Source: Paragordius varius | Taxonomy: Eukaryota > Animalia > Nematomorpha | Length of the DNA: 64,000 bases | Assembly: GCA_964247055.1 (NCBI GenBank) | Contig: OZ176054.1 | Location: 10,478,001 to 10,542,000, forward strand | Direction of reading: 5' to 3' | Shown: piece by piece, positions 1-14,500 of the stretch | How the letters are laid out: every line of letters starts with the position of its first letter | Position numbering within the stretch: the first letter of the stretch is position 1 | Translations under genes and position numbers: made by a program | Notes under the pieces: model-generated | Told to the model about the DNA's origin: nothing | The model's input: the letters and a program-made list of their open reading frames with translations, nothing else | The model's database searches: none

Positions 1-3000
1 TAGGGCGAAAAATCGATTTAAAAAATTATTTTTGTGGACTTTGTTTTTTTTGAAAAAAAATGGCATTTTACGGGGGGAGCGGGTAAAAAGAGGGCCTAAA
101 TCAAAAAAGTGACTCGACTATGTTCGGCGCAATCTAAAATAAGTAAACAAAAATCATATTTGAAATTGAATGGTCCAACACGTTCTCCAAAAAATTGACT
201 TAACCCATTTTTCACACAGGGTGGGCCCAAACTGGGGACCTAATTCCAAAAAAGGGCGAAGCTATTGTCGGGGCATTCATTAATGATTAAATTTTTTCGA
301 TGTTTGGATTTGATTGGGTTCACCGGTTTTCCGGAAACAGATCACAAAGTTATAAAAATCAGTTTTTAGCGGGTAGCTCCTTACCCGCCAGCTATCATCA
401 AATAAACGGTAGACTAAAATTTTTGCCTTTTAACAGGGAATACGTGGAATCCATATAGAATTTTTACGTTCTCATACCTAGGGCGAAAAATCGATTTAAA
501 AAATTATTTTTGTGGACTTTGTTTTTTTTGAGAAAGGTGGCATTTTACGGGGGGAGCGGGTAAAAAGAGGGCCTAAATCAAAAAAGTGACTCGACTATGT
601 TCGGCGCAATCTAAAAAAAGTAAACAAAAATCATATTTGAAATTGAATGGTCCAACACGTTCTCCAAAAAATTGACTTAACCCATTTTTCACACAGGGTG
701 GGCCCAAACTGGGGACCTAATTCCAAAAAAGGGCGAAGCTATTGTCGGGGCATTCATATTTTTTCGATATTTGGATTTGATTGGGTCTACCGGTTTTCCT
801 GTACCAGATCACAAAGCCAGCATCTTCCATTTTTATAAATATATAGATTACCATAAATAATGTATTAATATCCATATATCTTTTAACATGCTATACATAT
901 GATAGATACTCCTTACTCAGCATCTATCATCAAAGAAACGCTTGACTAAAATTTTTGCCTTTTAACAGGGAATACGTGGAATCCATATAGAATTTTTACG
1001 TTCTCATACCTAGGGCGAAAAATCGATTTAAAAAATTATTTTTGTGGACTTTGTTTTTTTTGAAAAAAAATGGCATTTTACGGGGGGAGCGGGTAAAAAG
1101 AGGGCCTAAATGAAAAAAGTGACTCGACTATGTTCGGCGCAATCTAAAATAAGTAAACAAAAATCATATTTGAAATTGAATGGTCCAACACGTTCTCCAA
1201 AAAATTGACTTAACCCATTTTTCACACAGGGTGGGCCCAAACTGGGGACCTAATTCCAAAAAAGGGCGAAGCTATTGTCGGGGCATTCATTAATGATTAA
1301 ATTTTTTCGATGTTTGGATTTGATTGGGTTCACCGGTTTTCCGGAAACAGATCACAAAGTTATAAAAATCAGTTTTTAGCGGGTAGCTCCTTACCCGCCA
1401 GCTATCATCAAATAAACGGTAGACTAAAATTTTTGCCTTTTAACAGGGAATACGTGGAATCCATATAGAATTTTTACGGTCTCATACCTAGGGCGAAAAA
1501 TCGATTTAAAAAATTATTTTTGTGGACTTTGTTTTTTGAAAAAAATGGCATTTTACGGGGGGAGCGGGTAAAAAGAGGGCCTAAATCAAAAAAGTGACTC
1601 GACTATGTTCGGCGCAATCTAAAAAAAGTAAACAAAAATCATATTTGAAATTGAATGGTCCAACACGTTCTCCAAAAAATTGACTTAACCCATTTTTCAC
1701 ACAGGGTGGGCCCAAACTGGGGACCTAATTCCAAAAAAGGGCGAAGCTATTGTCGGGGCATTCATATTTTTTCGATATTTGGATTTGATTGGGTCTACCG
1801 GTTTTCCTGTACCAGATCACAAAGCCAGCATCTTCCATTTTTATAAATATATAGATTACCATAAATAATGTATTAATATCCATATATCTTTTAACATGCT
1901 ATACATATGATAGATACTCCTTACTCAGCATCTATCATCAAAGAAACGCTTGACTAAAATTTTTGCCTTTTAACAGGGAATACGTGGAATCCATATAGAA
2001 TTTTTACGTTCTCATACCTAGGGCGAAAAATCGATTTAAAAAATTATTTTTGTGGACTTTGTTTTTTTTGAAAAAAAATGGCATTTTACGGGGGGAGCGG
2101 GTAAAAAGAGGGCCTAAATGAAAAAAGTGACTCGACTATGTTCGGCGCAATCTAAAATAAGTAAACAAAAATCATATTTGAAATTGAATGGTCCAACACG
2201 TTCTCCAAAAAATTGACTTAACCCATTTTTCACACAGGGTGGGCCCAAACTGGGGACCTAATTCCAAAAAAGGGCGAAGCTATTGTCGGGGCATTCATTA
2301 ATGATTAAATTTTTTCGATGTTTGGATTTGATTGGGTTCACCGGTTTTCCGGAAACAGATCACAAAGTTATAAAAATCAGTTTTTAGCGGGTAGCTCCTT
2401 ACCCGCCAGCTATCATCAAATAAACGGTAGACTAAAATTTTTGCCTTTTAACAGGGAATACGTGGAATCCATATAGAATTTTTACGGTCTCATACCTAGG
2501 GCGAAAAATCGATTTAAAAAATTATTTTTGTGGACTTTGTTTTTTGAAAAAAATGGCATTTTACGGGGGGAGCGGGTAAAAAGAGGGCCTAAATCAAAAA
2601 AGTGACTCGACTATGTTCGGCGCAATCTAAAATAAGTAAACAAAAATCATATTTGAAATTGAATGGTCCAACACGTTCTCCAAAAAATTGACTTAACCCA
2701 TTTTTCACACAGGGTGGGCCCAAACTGGGGACCTAATTCCAAAAAAGGGCGAAGCTATTGTCGGGGCATTCATATTTTTTCGATATTTGGATTTGATTGG
2801 GTCTACCGGTTTTCCTGTACCAGATCACAAAGCCAGCATTTTCCATTTTTATAAATATATAGATTACCATAAATAATGTATTAATATCCATATATCTTTT
2901 AACATGCTATACATATGATAGATACTCCTTACTCAGCATCTATCATCAAAGAAACGCTTGACTAAAATTTTTGCCTTTTAACAGGGAATACGTGGAATCC

Positions 3001-5517
3001 ATATAGAATTTTTACGTTCTCATACCTAGGGCGAAAAATCGATTTAAAAAATTATTTTTGTGGACTTTGTTTTTTTTGAAAAAAATGGCATTTTACGGGG
3101 GGAGCGGGTAAAAAGAGGGCCTAAATCAAAAAAGTGACTCGACTATGTTCGGCGCAATCTAAAATAAGTAAACAAAAATCATATTTGAAATTGAATGGTC
3201 CAACACGTTCTCCAAAAAATTGACTTAACCCATTTTTCACACAGGGTGGGCCCAAACTGGGGACCTAATTCCAAAAAAGGGCGAAGCTATTGTCGGGGCA
3301 TTCATTAATGATTAAATTTTTTCGATGTTTGGATTTGATTGGGTTCACCGGTTTTCCGGAAACAGATCACAAAGTTATAAAAATCAGTTTTTAGCGGGTA
3401 GCTCCTTACCCGCCAGCTATCATCAAATAAACGGTAGACTAAAATTTTTGCCTTTTAACAGGGAATACGTGGAATCCATATAGAATTTTTACGGTCTCAT
3501 ACCTAGGGCGAAAAATCGATTTTAAAAATTTTTTTTGTGGACTTTGTTTTTTGAAAAAAATGGCATTTTACGGGGGGAGCGGGTAAAAAGAGGGCCTAAA
3601 TCAAAAAAGTGACTCGACTATGTTCGGCGCAATCTAAAATAAGTAAACAAAAATCATATTTGAAATTGAATGGTCCAACACGTTCTCCAAAAAATTGACT
3701 TAACCCATTTTTCACACAGGGTGGGCCCAAACTGGGGACCTAATTCCAAAAAAGGGCGAAGCTATTGTCGGGGCATTCATATTTTTTCGATATTTGGATT
3801 TGATTGGGTCTACCGGTTTTCCTGTACCAGATCACAAAGCCAGCATTTTCCATTTTTATAAATATATAGATTACCATAAATAATGTATTAATATCCATAT
3901 ATCTTTTAACATGCTAATATGATAGATACTCCTTACTCAGCATCTATCATCAAAGAAACGCTTGACTAAAATTTTTGCCTTTTAACAGGGAATACGTGGA
4001 ATCCATATAGAATTTTTACGTTCTCATACCTAGGGCGAAAAATCGATTTAAAAAATTATTTTTGTGGACTTTGTTTTTTTTGAAAAAAATGGCATTTTAC
4101 GGGGGGAGCGGGTAAAAAGAGGGCCTAAATCAAAAAAGTGACTCGACTATGTTCGGCGCAATCTAAAATAAGTAAACAAAAATCATATTTGAAATTGAAT
4201 GGTCCAACACGTTCTCCAAAAAATTGACTTAACCCATTTTTCACACAGGGTGGGCCCAAACTGGGGACCTAATTCCAAAAAAGGGCGAAGCTATTGTCGG
4301 GGCATTCATTAATGATTAAATTTTTTCGATGTTTGGATTTGATTGGGTTCACCGGTTTTCCGGAAACAGATCACAAAGTTATATGAAAAATCAGTTTTTA
4401 GCGGGTAGCTCCTTACCCGCCAGCTATCATCAAATAAACGGTAGACTAAAATTTTTGCCTTTTAACAGGGAATACGTGGAATCCATATAGAATTTTTACG
4501 GTCTCATACCTAGGGCGAAAAATCGATTTAAAAAATTATTTTTGTGGACTTTGTTTTTTGAAAAAAATGGCATTTTACGGGGGGAGCGGGTAAAAAGAAG
4601 GCCTAAATCAAAAAAGTGACTCGACTATGTTCGGCGCAATCTAAAATAAGTAAACAAAAATCATATTTGAAATTGAATGGTCCAACACGTTCTCCAAAAA
4701 ATTGACTTAACCCATTTTTCACACGGGGTGGGCCCAAACTGGGGACCTAATTCCAAAAAAGGGCGAAGCTATTGTCGGGGCATTCATTAATGATTAAATT
4801 TTTTCGATGTTTGGATTTGATTGGGTTCACCGGTTTTCCGGAAACAGATCACAAATTATATGAAAAATCAGTTTTTAGCGGGTAGCTCCTTACCCGCCAG
4901 CTATCATCAAATAAACGGTAGACTAAAATTTTTGCCTTTTAACAGGGAATACGTGGAATCCATATAGAATTTTTACGGTCTCATACCTAGGGCGAAAAAT
5001 CGATTTAAAAAATTATTTTTGTGGACTTTGTTTTTTGAGAAAGGTGGCATTTTACGGGGGGAGCGGTTAAAAAGAGGGCCTAAATCAAAAAAGTGACTCG
5101 ACTATGTTCGGCGCAATCTAAAAAAAGTAAACAAAAATCATATTTGAAATTGAATGGTCCAACACGTTCTCCAAAAAATTGACTTAACCCATTTTTCACA
5201 CAGGGTGGGCCCAAACTGGGGACCTAATTCCAAAAAAGGGCGAAGCTATTGTCGGGGCATTCATATTTTTTCGATATTTGGATTTGATTGGGTCTACCGG
5301 TTTTCCTGTACCAGATCACAAAGCCAGCATTTTCCATTTTTATAAATATATAGATTACCATAAATAATGTATTAATATCCATATATCTTTTAACATGCTA
5401 TACATATGATAGATACTCCTTACCCGCCAGCTATCATCAAATAAACGGTAGACTAAAATTTTTGCCTTTTAACAGGGAATACGTGGAATCCATATAGAAT
5501 TTTTACGGTCTCATACC
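1..5517. repeat. A/B dimeric higher-order repeat domain (~1008 bp period) ending in a B/A hybrid monomer
   Basis: 478-bp A units (1, 1011, 2019, 3027) alternate with ~527-532-bp B units (479, 1489, 2497, 3504). B carries CCAGCAT(C/T)TTCCATTTTTATAAATATATAGATTACC...GATAGATAC and lacks 11 bp after CATTCAT. The unit at 4988-5517 is B-like up to CTCCTTAC and A-like after it. Confidence 0.93.
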
Positions 5518-8500
5518 TAGGGCGAAAAATCGATTTAAAAAATTATTTTTGTGGACTTTGTTTTTTGAAAAAAATGGCATTTTACGGGGGGAGCGGGTAA
5601 AAAGAGGGCCTAAATCAAAAAAGTGACTCGACTATGTTCGGCGCAATCTAAAATAAGTAAACAAAAATCATATTTGAAATTGAATGGTCCAACACGTTCT
5701 CCAAAAAATTGACTTAACCCATTTTTCACACGGGGTGGGCCCAAACTGGGGACCTAATTCCAAAAAAGGGCGAAGCTATTGTCGGGGCATTCATTAATGA
5801 TTAAATTTTTTCGATGTTTGGATTTGATTGGGTTCACCGGTTTTCCGGAAACAGATCACAAAGTTATATGAAAAATCAGTTTTTAGCGGGTAGCTCCTTA
5901 CCCGCCAGCTATCATCAAATAAACGGTAGACTAAAATTTTTGCCTTTTAACAGGGAATACGTGGAATCCATATAGAATTTTTACGGTCTCATACCTAGGG
6001 CGAAAAATCGATTTAAAAAATTATTTTTGTGGACTTTGTTTTTTGAAAAAAATGGCATTTTACGGGGGAGCGGGTAAAAAGAGGGCCTAAATCAAAAAAG
6101 TGACTCGACTATGTTCGGCGCAATCTAAAATAAGTAAACAAAAATCATATTTGAAATTGAATGGTCCAACACGTTCTCCAAAAAATTGACTTAACCCATT
6201 TTTCACACGGGGTGGGCCCAAACTGGGGACCTAATTCCAAAAAAGGGCGAAGCTATTGTCGGGGCATTCATTAATGATTAAATTTTTTCGATGTTTGGAT
6301 TTGATTGGGTTCACCGGTTTTCCGGAAACAGATCACAAATTATATGAAAAATCAGTTTTTAGCGGGTAGCTCCTTACCCGCCAGCTATCATCAAATAAAC
6401 GGTAGACTAAAATTTTTGCCTTTTAACAGGGAATACGTGGAATCCATATAGAATTTTTACGGTCTCATACCTAGGGCGAAAAATCGATTTAAAAAATTAT
6501 TTTTGTGGACTTTGTTTTTTGAAAAAAATGGCATTTTACGGGGGGAGCGGGTAAAAAGAGGGCCTAAATCAAAAAAGTGACTCGACTATGTTCGGCGCAA
6601 TCTAAAATAAGTAAACAAAAATCATATTTGAAATTGAATGGTCCAACACGTTCTCCAAAAAATTGACTTAACCCATTTTTCACACAGGGTGGGCCCAAAC
6701 TGGGGACCTAATTCCAAAAAAGGGCGAAGCTATTGTCGGGGCATTCATTAATGATTAAATTTTTTCGATGTTTGGATTTGATTGGGTTCACCGGTTTTCC
6801 GGAAACAGATCACAAAGTTATATGAAAAATCAGTTTTTAGCGGGTAGCTCCTTACCCGCCAGCTATCATCAAATAAACGGTAGACTAAAATTTTTGCCTT
6901 TTAACAGGGAATACGTGGAATCCATATAGAATTTTTACGGTCTCATACCTAGGGCGAAAAATCGATTTAAAAAATTATTTTTGTGGACTTTGTTTTTTGA
7001 AAAAAATGGCATTTTACTGGGGGAGCGGGTAAAAAGAGGGCCTAAATCAAAAAAGTGACTCGACTATGTTCGGCGCAATCTAAAATAAGTAAACAAAAAT
7101 CATATTTGAAATTGAATGGTCCAACACGTTCTCCAAAAAATTGACTTAACCCATTTTTCACACGGGGTGGGCCCAAACTGGGGACCTAATTCCAAAAAAG
7201 GGCGAAGCTATTGTCGGGGCATTCAGTAATGATTAAATTTTTTCGATGTTTGGATTTGATTGGGTTCACCGGTTTTCCGGAAACAGATCACAAAGTTGTA
7301 TGAAAAATCAGTTTTTAGCGGGTAGCTCCTTACCCGCCAGCTATCATCAAATAAACGGTAGACTAAAATTTTTGCCTTTTAACAGGGAATACGTGGAATC
7401 CATATAGAATTTTTACGGTCTCATACCTAGGGCGAAAAATCGATTTAAAAAATTATTTTTGTGGACTTTGTTTTTTGAAAAAAATGGCATTTTACGGGGG
7501 GAGCGGGTAAAAAGAGGACCTAAATCAAAAAAGTGACTCGACTATGTTCGGCGCAATCTAAAATAAGTAAACAAAAATCATATTTGAAATTGAATGGTCC
7601 AACACGTTCTCCAAAAAATTGACTTAACCCATTTTTCACACGGGGTGGGCCCAAACTGGGGACCTAATTCCAAAAAAGGGCGAAGCTATTGTCGGGGCAT
7701 TCATTAATGATTAAATTTTTTCGATGTTTGGATTTGATTGGGTTCACCGGTTTTCCGGAAACAGATCACAAATTATATGAAAAATCAGTTTTTAGCGGGT
7801 AGCTCCTTACCCGCCAGCTATCATCAAATAAACGGTAGACTAAAATTTTTGCCTTTTAACAGGGAATACGTGGAATCCATATAGAATTTTTACGGTCTCA
7901 TACCTAGGGCGAAAAATCGATTTAAAAAATTATTTTTGTGGACTTTGTTTTTTGAAAAAAATGGCATTTTACGGGGGGAGCGGGTAAAAAGAGGACCTAA
8001 ATCAAAAAAGTGACTCGACTATGTTCGGCGCAATCTAAAATAAGTAAACAAAAATCATATTTGAAATTGAATGGTCCAACACGTTCTCCAAAAAATTGAC
8101 TTAACCCATTTTTCACACGGGGTGGGCCCAAACTGGGGACCTAATTCCAAAAAAGGGCGAAGCTATTGTCGGGGCATTCATTAATGATTAAATTTTTTCG
8201 ATGTTTGGATTTGATTGGGTTCACCGGTTTTCCGGAAACAGATCACAAATTATATGAAAAATCAGTTTTTAGCGGGTAGCTCCTTACCCGCCAGCTATCA
8301 TCAAATAAACGGTAGACTAAAATTTTTGCCTTTTAACAGGGAATACGTGGAATCCATATAGAATTTTTACGGTCTCATACCTAGGGCGAAAAATCGATTT
8401 AAAAAATTATTTTTGTGGACTTTGTTTTTTTTGAAAAAAATGGCATTTTATGGGGGGAGCGGGTAAAAAGAGGGCCTAAATCAAAAAAGTGACTCGACTA

Positions 8501-11500
8501 TGTTCGGCGCAATCTAAAATAAGTAAACAAAAATCATATTTGAAATTGAATGGGCCAACACGTTCTCCAAAAAATTGACTTAACCCATTTTTCACACAGG
8601 GTGGGCCCAAACTGGGGACCTAATTCCAAAAAAGGGCGAAGCTATTGTCGGGGCATTCATTAATGATTAAATTTTTTCGATGTTTGGATTTGATTGGGTT
8701 CACCGGTTTTCCGGAAACAGATCACAAAGTTTGAAAAATCAGTTTTTAGCGGGTAGCTCCTTACCCGCCAGCTATCATCAAATAAACGGTAGACTAAAAT
8801 TTTTGCCTTTTAACAGGGAATACGTGGAATCCATATAGAATTTTTACGGTCTCATACCTAGGGCGAAAAATCGATTTAAAAAATTATTTTTGTGGACTTT
8901 GTTTTTTGAAAAAAATGGCATTTTACGGGGGGAGCGGGTAAAAAGAGGACCTAAATCAAAAAAGTGACTCGACTATGTTCGGCGCAATCTAAAATAAGTA
9001 AACAAAAATCATATTTGAAATTGAATGGTCCAACACGTTCTCCAAAAAATTGACTTAACCCATTTTTCACACGGGGTGGGCCCAAACTGGGGACCTAATT
9101 CCAAAAAAGGGCGAAGCTATTGTCGGGGCATTCATTAATGATTAAATTTTTTCGATGTTTGGATTTGATTGGGTTCACCGGTTTTCCGGAAACAGATCAC
9201 AAATTATATGAAAAATCAGTTTTTAGCGGGTAGCTCCTTACCCGCCAGCTATCATCAAATAAACGGTAGACTAAAATTTTTGCCTTTTAACAGGGAATAC
9301 GTGGAATCCATATAGAATTTTTACGGTCTCATACCTAGGGCGAAAAATCGATTTAAAAAATTATTTTTGTGGACTTTGTTTTTTTTGAAAAAAATGGCAT
9401 TTTATGGGGGTAGCGGGTAAAAAGAGGGCCTAAATCAAAAAAGTGACTCGACTATGTTCGGCGCAATCTAAAATAAGTAAACAAAAATCATATTTGAAAT
9501 TGAATGGTCCAACACGTTCTCCAAAAAATTGACTTAACCCATTTTTCACACAGGGTGGGCCCAAACTGGGGACCTAATTCCAAAAAAGGGCGAAGCTATT
9601 GTCGGGGCATTCATTAATGATTAAATTTTTTCGATGTTTGGATTTGATTGGGTTCACCGGTTTTCCGGAAACAGATCACAAAGTTTGAAAAATCAGTTTT
9701 TAGCGGGTAGCTCCTTACCCGCCAGCTATCATCAAATAAACGGTAGACTAAAATTTTTGCCTTTTAACAGGGAATACGTGGAATCCATATAGAATTTTTA
9801 CGGTCTCATACCTAGGGCGAAAAATCGATTTAAAAAATTATTTTTGTGGACTTTGTTTTTTGAAAAAAATGGCATTTTACGGGGGGAGCGGGTAAAAAGA
9901 GGACCTAAATCAAAAAAGTGACTCGACTATGTTCGGCGCAATCTAAAATAAGTAAACAAAAATCATATTTGAAATTGAATGGTCCAACACGTTCTCCAAA
10001 AAATTGACTTAACCCATTTTTCACACGGGGTGGGCCCAAACTGGGGACCTAATTCCAAAAAAGGGCGAAGCTATTGTCGGGGCATTCATTAATGATTAAA
10101 TTTTTTCGATGTTTGGATTTGATTGGGTTCACCGGTTTTCCGGAAACAGATCACAAATTATATGAAAAATCAGTTTTTAGCGGGTAGCTCCTTACCCGCC
10201 AGCTATCATCAAATAAACGGTAGACTAAAATTTTTGCCTTTTAACAGGGAATACGTGGAATCCATATAGAATTTTTACGGTCTCATACCTAGGGCGAAAA
10301 ATCGATTTAAAAAATTATTTTTGTGGACTTTGTTTTTTGAAAAAAATGGCATTTTACGGGGGGAGCGGGTAAAAAGAGGACCTAAATCAAAAAAGTGACT
10401 CGACTATGTTCGGCGCAATCTAAAATAAGTAAACAAAAATCATATTTGAAATTGAATGGTCCAACACGTTCTCCAAAAAATTGACTTAACCCATTTTTCA
10501 CACGGGGTGGGCCCAAACTGGGCCCCTAATTCCAAAAAAGGGCGAAGCTATTGTCGGGGCATTCATTAATGATTAAATTTTTTCGATGTTTGGATTTGAT
10601 TGGGTTCACCGGTTTTCCGGAAACAGATCACAAATTATATGAAAAATCAGTTTTTAGCGGGTAGCTCCTTACCCGCCAGCTATCATCAAATAAACGGTAG
10701 ACTAAAATTTTTGCCTTTTAACAGGGAATACGTGGAATCCATATAGAATTTTTACGGTCTCATACCTAGGGCGAAAAATCGATTTAAAAAATTATTTTTG
10801 TGGACTTTGTTTTTTGAAAAAAATGGCATTTTACGGGGGGAGCGGGTAAAAAGAGGACCTAAATCAAAAAAGTGACTCGACTATGTTCGGCGCAATCTAA
10901 AATAAGTAAACAAAAATCATATTTGAAATTGAATGGTCCAACACGTTCTCCAAAAAATTGACTTAACCCATTTTTCACACGGGGTGGGCCCAAACTGGGG
11001 ACCTAATTCCAAAAAAGGGCGAAGCTATTGTCGGGGCATTCATTAATGATTAAATTTTTTCGATGTTTGGATTTGATTGGGTTCACCGGTTTTCCGGAAA
11101 CAGATCACAAATTATATGAAAAATCAGTTTTTAGCGGGTAGCTCCTTACCCGCCAGCTATCATCAAATAAACGGTAGACTAAAATTTTTGCCTTTTAACA
11201 GGGAATACGTGGAATCCATATAGAATTTTTACGGTCTCATACCTAGGGCGAAAAATCGATTTAAAAAATTATTTTTGTGGACTTTGTTTTTTTTGAAAAA
11301 AATGGCATTTTATGGGGGGAGCGGGTAAAAAGAGGGCCTAAATCAAAAAAGTGACTCGACTATGTTCGGCGCAATCTAAAATAAGTAAACAAAAATCATA
11401 TTTGAAATTGAATGGGCCAACACGTTCTCCAAAAAATTGACTTAACCCATTTTTCACACAGGGTGGGCCCAAACTGGGGACCTAATTCCAAAAAAGGGCG

Positions 11501-14500
11501 AAGCTATTGTCGGGGCATTCATTAATGATTAAATTTTTTCGATGTTTGGATTTGATTGGGTTCACCGGTTTTCCGGAAACAGATCACAAAGTTTGAAAAA
11601 TCAGTTTTTAGCGGGTAGCTCCTTACCCGCCAGCTATCATCAAATAAACGGTAGACTAAAATTTTTGCCTTTTAACAGGGAATACGTGGAATCCATATAG
11701 AATTTTTACGGTCTCATACCTAGGGCGAAAAATCGATTTAAAAAATTATTTTTGTGGACTTTGTTTTTTGAAAAAAATGGCATTTTACGGGGGGAGCGGG
11801 TAAAAAGAGGACCTAAATCAAAAAAGTGACTCGACTATGTTCGGCGCAATCTAAAATAAGTAAACAAAAATCATATTTGAAATTGAATGGTCCAACACGT
11901 TCTCCAAAAAATTGACTTAACCCATTTTTCACACGGGGTGGGCCCAAACTGGGGACCTAATTCCAAAAAAGGGCGAAGCTATTGTCGGGGCATTCATTAA
12001 TGATTAAATTTTTTCGATGTTTGGATTTGATTGGGTTCACCGGTTTTCCGGAAACAGATCACAAATTATATGAAAAATCAGTTTTTAGCGGGTAGCTCCT
12101 TACCCGCCAGCTATCATCAAATAAACGGTAGACTAAAATTTTTGCCTTTTAACAGGGAATACGTGGAATCCATATAGAATTTTTACGGTCTCATACCTAG
12201 GGCGAAAAATCGATTTAAAAAATTATTTTTGTGGACTTTGTTTTTTGAAAAAAATGGCATTTTACGGGGGGAGCGGGTAAAAAGAGGACCTAAATCAAAA
12301 AAGTGACTCGACTATGTTCGGCGCAATCTAAAATAAGTAAACAAAAATCATATTTGAAATTGAATGGTCCAACACGTTCTCCAAAAAATTGACTTAACCC
12401 ATTTTTCACACAGGGTGGGCCCAAACTGGGGACCTAATTCCAAAAAAGGGCGAAGCTATTGTCGGGGCATTCATTAATGATTAAATTTTTTCGATGTTTG
12501 GATTTGATTGGGTTCACCGGTTTTCCGGAAACAGATCACAAAGTTTGAAAAATCAGTTTTTAGCGGGTAGCTCCTTACCCGCCAGCTATCATCAAATAAA
12601 CGGTAGACTAAAATTTTTGCCTTTTAACAGGGAATACGTGGAATCCATATAGAATTTTTACGGTCTCATACCTAGGGCGAAAAATCGATTTAAAAAATTA
12701 TTTTTGTGGACTTTGTTTTTTGAAAAAAATGGCATTTTACGGGGGGAGCGGGTAAAAAGAGGACCTAAATCAAAAAAGTGACTCGACTATGTTCGGCGCA
12801 ATCTAAAATAAGTAAACAAAAATCATATTTGAAATTGAATGGTCCAACACGTTCTCCAAAAAATTGACTTAACCCATTTTTCACACGGGGTGGGCCCAAA
12901 CTGGGCCCCTAATTCCAAAAAAGGGCGAAGCTATTGTCGGGGCATTCATTAATGATTAAATTTTTTCGATGTTTGGATTTGATTGGGTTCACCGGTTTTC
13001 CGGAAACAGATCACAAATTATATGAAAAATCAGTTTTTAGCGGGTAGCTCCTTACCCGCCAGCTATCATCAAATAAACGGTAGACTAAAATTTTTGCCTT
13101 TTAACAGGGAATACGTGGAATCCATATAGAATTTTTACGGTCTCATACCTAGGGCGAAAAATCGATTTAAAAAATTATTTTTGTGGACTTTGTTTTTTGA
13201 AAAAAATGGCATTTTACGGGGGGAGCGGGTAAAAAGAGGACCTAAATCAAAAAAGTGACTCGACTATGTTCGGCGCAATCTAAAATAAGTAAACAAAAAT
13301 CATATTTGAAATTGAATGGTCCAACACGTTCTCCAAAAAATTGACTTAACCCATTTTTCACACGGGGTGGGCCCAAACTGGGCCCCTAATTCCAAAAAAG
13401 GGCGAAGCTATTGTCGGGGCATTCATTAATGATTAAATTTTTTCGATGTTTGGATTTGATTGGGTTCACCGGTTTCCGGAAACAGATCACAAATTATATG
13501 AAAAATCAGTTTTTAGCGGGTAGCTCCTTACCCGCCAGCTATCATCAAATAAACGGTAGACTAAAATTTTTGCCTTTTAACAGGGAATACGTGGAATCCA
13601 TATAGAATTTTTACGGTCTCATACCTAGGGCGAAAAATCGATTTAAAAAATTATTTTTGTGGACTTTGTTTTTTTTGAAAAAAATGGCATTTTATGGGGG
13701 GAGCGGGTAAAAAGAGGGCCTAAAAAAGTGACTCGACTATGTTCGGCGCAATCTAAAATAAGTAAACAAAAATCATATTTGAAATTGAATGGGCCAACAC
13801 GTTCTCCAAAAAATTGACTTAACCCATTTTTCACACAGGGTGGGCCCAAACTGGGGACCTAATTCCAAAAAAGGGCGAAGCTATTGTCGGGGCATTCATT
13901 AATGATTAAATTTTTTCGATGTTTGGATTTGATTGGGTTCACCGGTTTTCCGGAAACAGATCACAAAGTTTGAAAAATCAGTTTTTAGCGGGTAGCTCCT
14001 TACCCGCCAGCTATCATCAAATAAACGGTAGACTAAAATTTTTGCCTTTTAACAGGGAATACGTGGAATCCATATAGAATTTTTACGGTCTCATACCTAT
14101 GGCGAAAAATCGATTTAAAAAATTATTTTTGTGGACTTTGTTTTTTGAAAAAAATGGCATTTTACGGGGGGAGCGGGTAAAAAGAGGACCTAAATCAAAA
14201 AAGTGACTCGACTATGTTCGGCGCAATCTAAAATAAGTAAACAAAAATCATATTTGAAATTGAATGGTCCAACACGTTCTCCAAAAAATTGACTTAACCC
14301 ATTTTTCACACAGGGTGGGCCCAAACTGGGGACCTAATTCCAAAAAAGGGCGAAGCTATTGTCGGGGCATTCATTAATGATTAAATTTTTTCGATGTTTG
14401 GATTTGATTGGGTTCACCGGTTTTCCGGAAACAGATCACAAAGTTATATGAAAAATCAGTTTTTAGCGGGTAGCTCCTTACCCGCCAGCTATCATCAAAT

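Noticed and set aside
217-256. G-quadruplex in each monomer (GGGTGGG...GGGG...GGG)
   Set aside because: Loops of 8 and 16 nt and a competing GGGCCC palindrome make it weak. Not supportable without experiment.
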